NCBI GenBank assembly: GCA_963668025.2
Contig: CAXXTH010000010.1
Span: forward strand, 128,001 to 192,000
Direction: 5' to 3'
DNA length: 64,000 nt
Origin: Candidatus Hydrogenedentota bacterium
GTDB lineage: Bacteria > Hydrogenedentota > Hydrogenedentia > Hydrogenedentales > SLHB01
The position numbers and the translations under genes were made by a program. Every line of letters begins with the position of its first letter. The first letter of the stretch is position 1. The notes beneath the pieces were generated by a model that saw only the letters and a program-made list of their open reading frames with translations, was not told where the DNA came from and did not search any database. Of this stretch, positions 60,064 to 64,000 are shown piece by piece.

Positions 60064-62406
60064 ATGGGCAGTGTTTCCTTGCGTTTCCGGCTTACCCTCA
60101 TCTGTCTGCTCTTGGTTGTTGTACCCACCATCTTGCTTAGCGCGTTCGGATTATTTCAGATCAGAGACTTGAGTTCGCGGAACACGGATGCCGCGTACAC
60201 CGGGCTGCAAAAGCAATCAGAAAATGCACTGCTCTATGGAGACCTAGCACTATGGGAGCGGTTGGATGCGACCGTGGCGTCGCTGAAACGCGACACTATA
60301 CGCCTGGCCGCTTCCTCGAATCTGGCCAATTATATATCCACTAAAGCGGGTGCTAATGCATCATTGAATTCGATTGCCCAGCGCGAATTGCTCCGGGTCA
60401 CGCAGGGTGTGGCGAAAGCGGCGCAAATGCAGGCTGAACTAGGAAGCACGCCATCGGCGGATTTTGCGAACTACATCCGAGGCTTGAAGATTGGCGCTGG
60501 CGGGTATGTCTTTGTCGTGAATTCCCAGGGCGCGGTGCTGGTGCATCCGCGGGCGGAGATCGAGGGGAAAAATGTCATCGGCGATTTAAATCTCACCGTA
60601 TTCAATGAGATTTTCCAGAAAGCCAGCGGCACGGACATACAACTGGCGAATTACACGTTCGAGGAACGTTCGAAATGCCTTGCATATATCCGGGTTCCCG
60701 CATGGGATTGGATTATTTGCACCAGCGCGTATTGGGATGAGTTGAGCACCGAAGCAGCCACCCAGACGCAGGAAGCTTTATACAGCGAAATCCAAACCAT
60801 GTACGACAGCCAGTATATCGAGCAGGAAAAAGAAGGGAAAAAGGAGAAGCATCCTCTTCTTGCACAGATACGATTTATAGACACTTCTGGGAAAGAAGTG
60901 ATCAAGCATGTGCAAGGCGCATTTTCGAATGAACTAGGCGAAAGAAGCAAATCCGATTGGTTCATAGCGGGCTTGGCCCTGCCAAAAGGCGGCCTATATA
61001 ACAGCGGCTGCCAGATTGCCGGCAACACGCAAGAAGTTGAACTACGCCTCGTATCCCCAGTGTATCTAGATGATAAATGCTGCGGGGTGGCCGTATTGAA
61101 CATTAACTGGCAGGTAATTTCCGATTTAGCGGAATCCGTTACATTCGGAGAGACCGGCTATGCATATATCATCAATGAAGCGGGCGTGCTGGTGAGCCAT
61201 CCATCTTATACGCTTAAAAACGCGAAGTCCTTAGCGGATCCTTCTCAAGGGGTTTTAGCGGAAATCGTTACAAATAGCATGCTCAAAGGAGAAACAGGCG
61301 TCCGGACATATACATTCGAGGGCGTCAGCAAATTCGCGGCTTACCGGCCCTGGAACATGGAAGGCAAGATCTACTCGGTAGTGGCTACGGCCCCCGAGAA
61401 TGAGCTGTTGCGAGAAGCCAATACGATCCGGGCGAATTCACTCGCCACGCAGCGCAGAACGCTGTTTATATTGATGGCGGTGGGCGGTGCGTTGGCGATT
61501 GTGGGCGGACTTATTGGCGTCGGAGTGGCGAATCGGGTGTCGGCTCCGCTGCTCGAGGTGATCCGCGGACTCGAGGCCGCCTCGCACGAAGTTGCTTCGG
61601 CAAGCACGCAAGTGGCGCAATCGGGCCAGGCGCTGGCGGAAGGCGCAAGCAATCAGGCCGCGAGCCTCGAGGAGACCTCCGCATCCCTCAATGAAATGGC
61701 CAGCATGACCAGTGAGACCCATACGCTAACCAATGGTGCGGCTGGGCTCATGCGGGCCAATATCGAGCGTTCCGGGCAATCGTTGCGGGCCATTGTAGAA
61801 ATGACCCGGCAGATGGGCCAAATCGAAGCAGACAGCGGCCAAATGAGCAAGATCATCAAGAATATTGATGCGATCGCGTTCCAAACCAACCTGCTGGCTC
61901 TTAACGCTGCAGTGGAAGCGGCCCGGGCTGGCGAGCATGGAAAAGGATTCGCCGTCGTGGCCGAAGAAGTCCGCAGCCTGGCCATTCGCGCGGCCAGCGC
62001 CGCGAAAGATACGCAAAAATTGCTGGAAGGCACCGCCAGCCGCGTTGCGGATACGGCAGGTAGCATTCGCGACATCAACTCTAACTTCGAAGATATCGTG
62101 GAATCCGCCACGGCCATGGGTGAAAAACTCGAATCCATCACCCAAGCATCACTGCAGGTCGCCAAGAGCGTCGAACAAGTGAGCATCGCCATGGCGCAGA
62201 TGGAGCGCGTCACGCAATCCGTGGCGGCCTCGGCGGAAGAGAACGCCTCCGCCGGAGAAGAACTCAGCGCCGAAGCGATGCAGCTCGATGAAGTGGTCGA
62301 AAGACTGCATCATTTTGTCACGGGCAAGGAACGGGAGCTAGACGGAAAAACACTTCGAGGGACTATCGAGGAGCCATACCAGCTTCCTGCCCCAGCGGAG
62401 GAATGA
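60064..62406 (+). CDS. Methyl-accepting chemotaxis protein with tandem Cache domains
   Basis: Two TM helices, two GY.(F/Y)..N..G....HP Cache motifs, [34 protein letters not shown]. Confidence 0.94.
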   Translation: MGSVSLRFRLTLICLLLVVVPTILLSAFGLFQIRDLSSRNTDAAYTGLQKQSENALLYGDLALWERLDATVASLKRDTIRLAASSNLANYISTKAGANASLNSIAQRELLRVTQGVAKAAQMQAELGSTPSADFANYIRGLKIGAGGYVFVVNSQGAVLVHPRAEIEGKNVIGDLNLTVFNEIFQKASGTDIQLANYTFEERSKCLAYIRVPAWDWIICTSAYWDELSTEAATQTQEALYSEIQTMYDSQYIEQEKEGKKEKHPLLAQIRFIDTSGKEVIKHVQGAFSNELGERSKSDWFIAGLALPKGGLYNSGCQIAGNTQEVELRLVSPVYLDDKCCGVAVLNINWQVISDLAESVTFGETGYAYIINEAGVLVSHPSYTLKNAKSLADPSQGVLAEIVTNSMLKGETGVRTYTFEGVSKFAAYRPWNMEGKIYSVVATAPENELLREANTIRANSLATQRRTLFILMAVGGALAIVGGLIGVGVANRVSAPLLEVIRGLEAASHEVASASTQVAQSGQALAEGASNQAASLEETSASLNEMASMTSETHTLTNGAAGLMRANIERSGQSLRAIVEMTRQMGQIEADSGQMSKIIKNIDAIAFQTNLLALNAAVEAARAGEHGKGFAVVAEEVRSLAIRAASAAKDTQKLLEGTASRVADTAGSIRDINSNFEDIVESATAMGEKLESITQASLQVAKSVEQVSIAMAQMERVTQSVAASAEENASAGEELSAEAMQLDEVVERLHHFVTGKERELDGKTLRGTIEEPYQLPAPAEE

Positions 62407-62469
62407 GTTCGAAAGGAATCCAGCTTTTTACAGTTCACGGCTATTGGCTAGTATTCGTCGGGGTTGGGA

Positions 62470-63921
62470 TTATTCTAGTTCCAATGCGTCATGGCGTCCG
62501 GGGCGGCTGCGGAAATCCGCCTCGATGGCCGACGACGCCTCGGCTGCGGCGATTCCCCGCATGACGAGGAAACGGTGTAAGTGTTCCGCGAGCCGGGCCA
62601 GCGAGAGCTGGTGTGTGCGGCCCGTGGCGGACCATAGGGCGTCTGAAAGGGCCAGGAACGCGGCGAAGGGCGAAGGGTCCGTGCGCCAGAGCAAAGGGAG
62701 CGACCGGGGAAAACGCTCCATGTTGTAGTACAGCTCGAAATAACGGGCGAAACGCTTGATGAGGCGCATCCGGTCGAAATCGATATGTTCCGTTTCGAGC
62801 ACTTCATACGGCGGGAAGGGGGCGAATATCATGCCGTTCGGCGTGGGGCGATGGGCCAAGGGAGAACCTTTCAGGCGTTTTAATATGCCCACCTGGATGG
62901 CATGCGGTTCGAGCGCGATAAGCTGATCAAAACCGTTTCCGAACGATTCCCACGTTTCACCCGGCAGCCCCGCCACCAGATCCACATGAAGCAGCGCGCC
63001 GGTGCGCTGGCGTAAAAACCGGAGATTTTCGGTAGTAACTTCTAAATCCTGCGGGCGGTCTATCGCTTCTTGCGCGGCGGGATGGAACGTTTGCACGCCC
63101 AGTTCGAGATGCAGGCCGCCCTCGGGGAAGCGGGCGATCCATTCGAGCATGGTAGGATGCAAGCGATCAGGCAAAATCTCGAAGTGGAGCTGCATGCCCG
63201 CGCGCCAGCGTTCAAGAAAAAACGACAGGATGGCGGCCGTGCGTTCCAAGCCCAGATTGAAAGTGCGGTCAGTGAACTTGAATAACCGCGCGCCACGCTC
63301 GATGAGGATTTCCATGTCTTTAAAAAACTTAGGCAAGGGTGCTTCGCGCACGGGGTGGCTGTTCGCGGACAAGCAGAACGCACAGCGAAACGGACAGCCC
63401 CGGGAGGATTCCACATACAACAGGCGGTTGCGGATGTCTTCGTCCGTATAGTCCTCGTACGGCGAAGCAATGCGCTCCAAGCTGGGTGGCGGCGGCGCAA
63501 GCACCTTGCGCAACGGCTGGCGGCCTTCCATCAAGGTAGCGGCAAGCCCGGCGAACGCCTCTTCTCCTTCGCCACAGATGAGATAATCGATGGCCGCAAA
63601 GAGTTCCGTGCCTTCGTATCCATGGCTGGCCTCGGGGCCGCCCGCCACGAGCCATAGCGAGGGCTGCAATGCTTTCAAGATGCGCGCCACCTGTGCCAGG
63701 AGGGTGGCATTCCAAATGTACACCCCCAGGCCCACAAGTCTCGGGCGGGCGGACAAGATGGCATGGGCGATCTCGATAGGCTCTTGGTGGATGTCGAATT
63801 CCAGGATACGGGCTTGGCCGCGTAGCGCGCCCAAATTGGCGTGCAGGCAGCGCAGGCCCATGGACATATGGACGTACCGCGCGTTGGCCGTGGCTAAGAT
63901 AATGTCCGAATTCTCTGGCAT
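62470..63921 (-). CDS. B12-binding radical SAM protein (DUF4080-like C-terminus)
   Basis: VYIWN, GGPE, GEGE, SSRGCPFRCAFC, DRTFN, GLPGET, PPYEVL. Confidence 0.9.
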   Translation of the reverse strand: MPENSDIILATANARYVHMSMGLRCLHANLGALRGQARILEFDIHQEPIEIAHAILSARPRLVGLGVYIWNATLLAQVARILKALQPSLWLVAGGPEASHGYEGTELFAAIDYLICGEGEEAFAGLAATLMEGRQPLRKVLAPPPPSLERIASPYEDYTDEDIRNRLLYVESSRGCPFRCAFCLSANSHPVREAPLPKFFKDMEILIERGARLFKFTDRTFNLGLERTAAILSFFLERWRAGMQLHFEILPDRLHPTMLEWIARFPEGGLHLELGVQTFHPAAQEAIDRPQDLEVTTENLRFLRQRTGALLHVDLVAGLPGETWESFGNGFDQLIALEPHAIQVGILKRLKGSPLAHRPTPNGMIFAPFPPYEVLETEHIDFDRMRLIKRFARYFELYYNMERFPRSLPLLWRTDPSPFAAFLALSDALWSATGRTHQLSLARLAEHLHRFLVMRGIAAAEASSAIEADFRSRPGRHDALELE

Positions 63922-64000
63922 GCTCTTTATATCCCTGACGTGGGGGCTGCCCACAATATCGAGAAACGGCGTAACCGCAATCATAGAGCCTAGCTCCCTG

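Overview
A 64 kb, GC-rich chromosomal window from a diderm bacterium. The pair of prepilin/DUF1559/H-X9-DG genes is suggestive of Candidatus Hydrogenedentota or a related lineage (inference). It is mostly housekeeping: tgt, sdhCA (no sdhB), mcsA-mcsB-clpC-bamA, hldE-like kinase, lpdA, nadX-rplU-rpmA-obgE-proB, proA-nadD-yqeK, leuB, hisS, hisHF, deoC, a sulfate ABC operon with a divergent sigma-54 activator, infC-rpmI-rplT-hisA-tyrA-tmk, a half-length purH, an MCP and a B12 radical SAM gene. Cis-regulatory elements visible in the sequence are a ZMP/ZTP riboswitch, an L20 leader with attenuator and two consensus sigma-54 promoters. No rRNA, tRNA, CRISPR array, integrase or transposase was found. 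The most notable signals are: (1) an intact McsB whose kinase catalytic motifs are all replaced; (2) a flippase-like domain fused to a Thr-type sulfatase-like domain, next to a Tat-exported AlkP-family enzyme; (3) many small palindromic elements (REP-like doublets, 9-bp-periodic inverted arms, a TIR/TSD-bounded MITE, a telomere-like 7/14-bp array) that nest inside each other between genes; (4) a 1-nt insertion fusing rplT to hisA. All calls come from reading motifs by eye; no database search was run.
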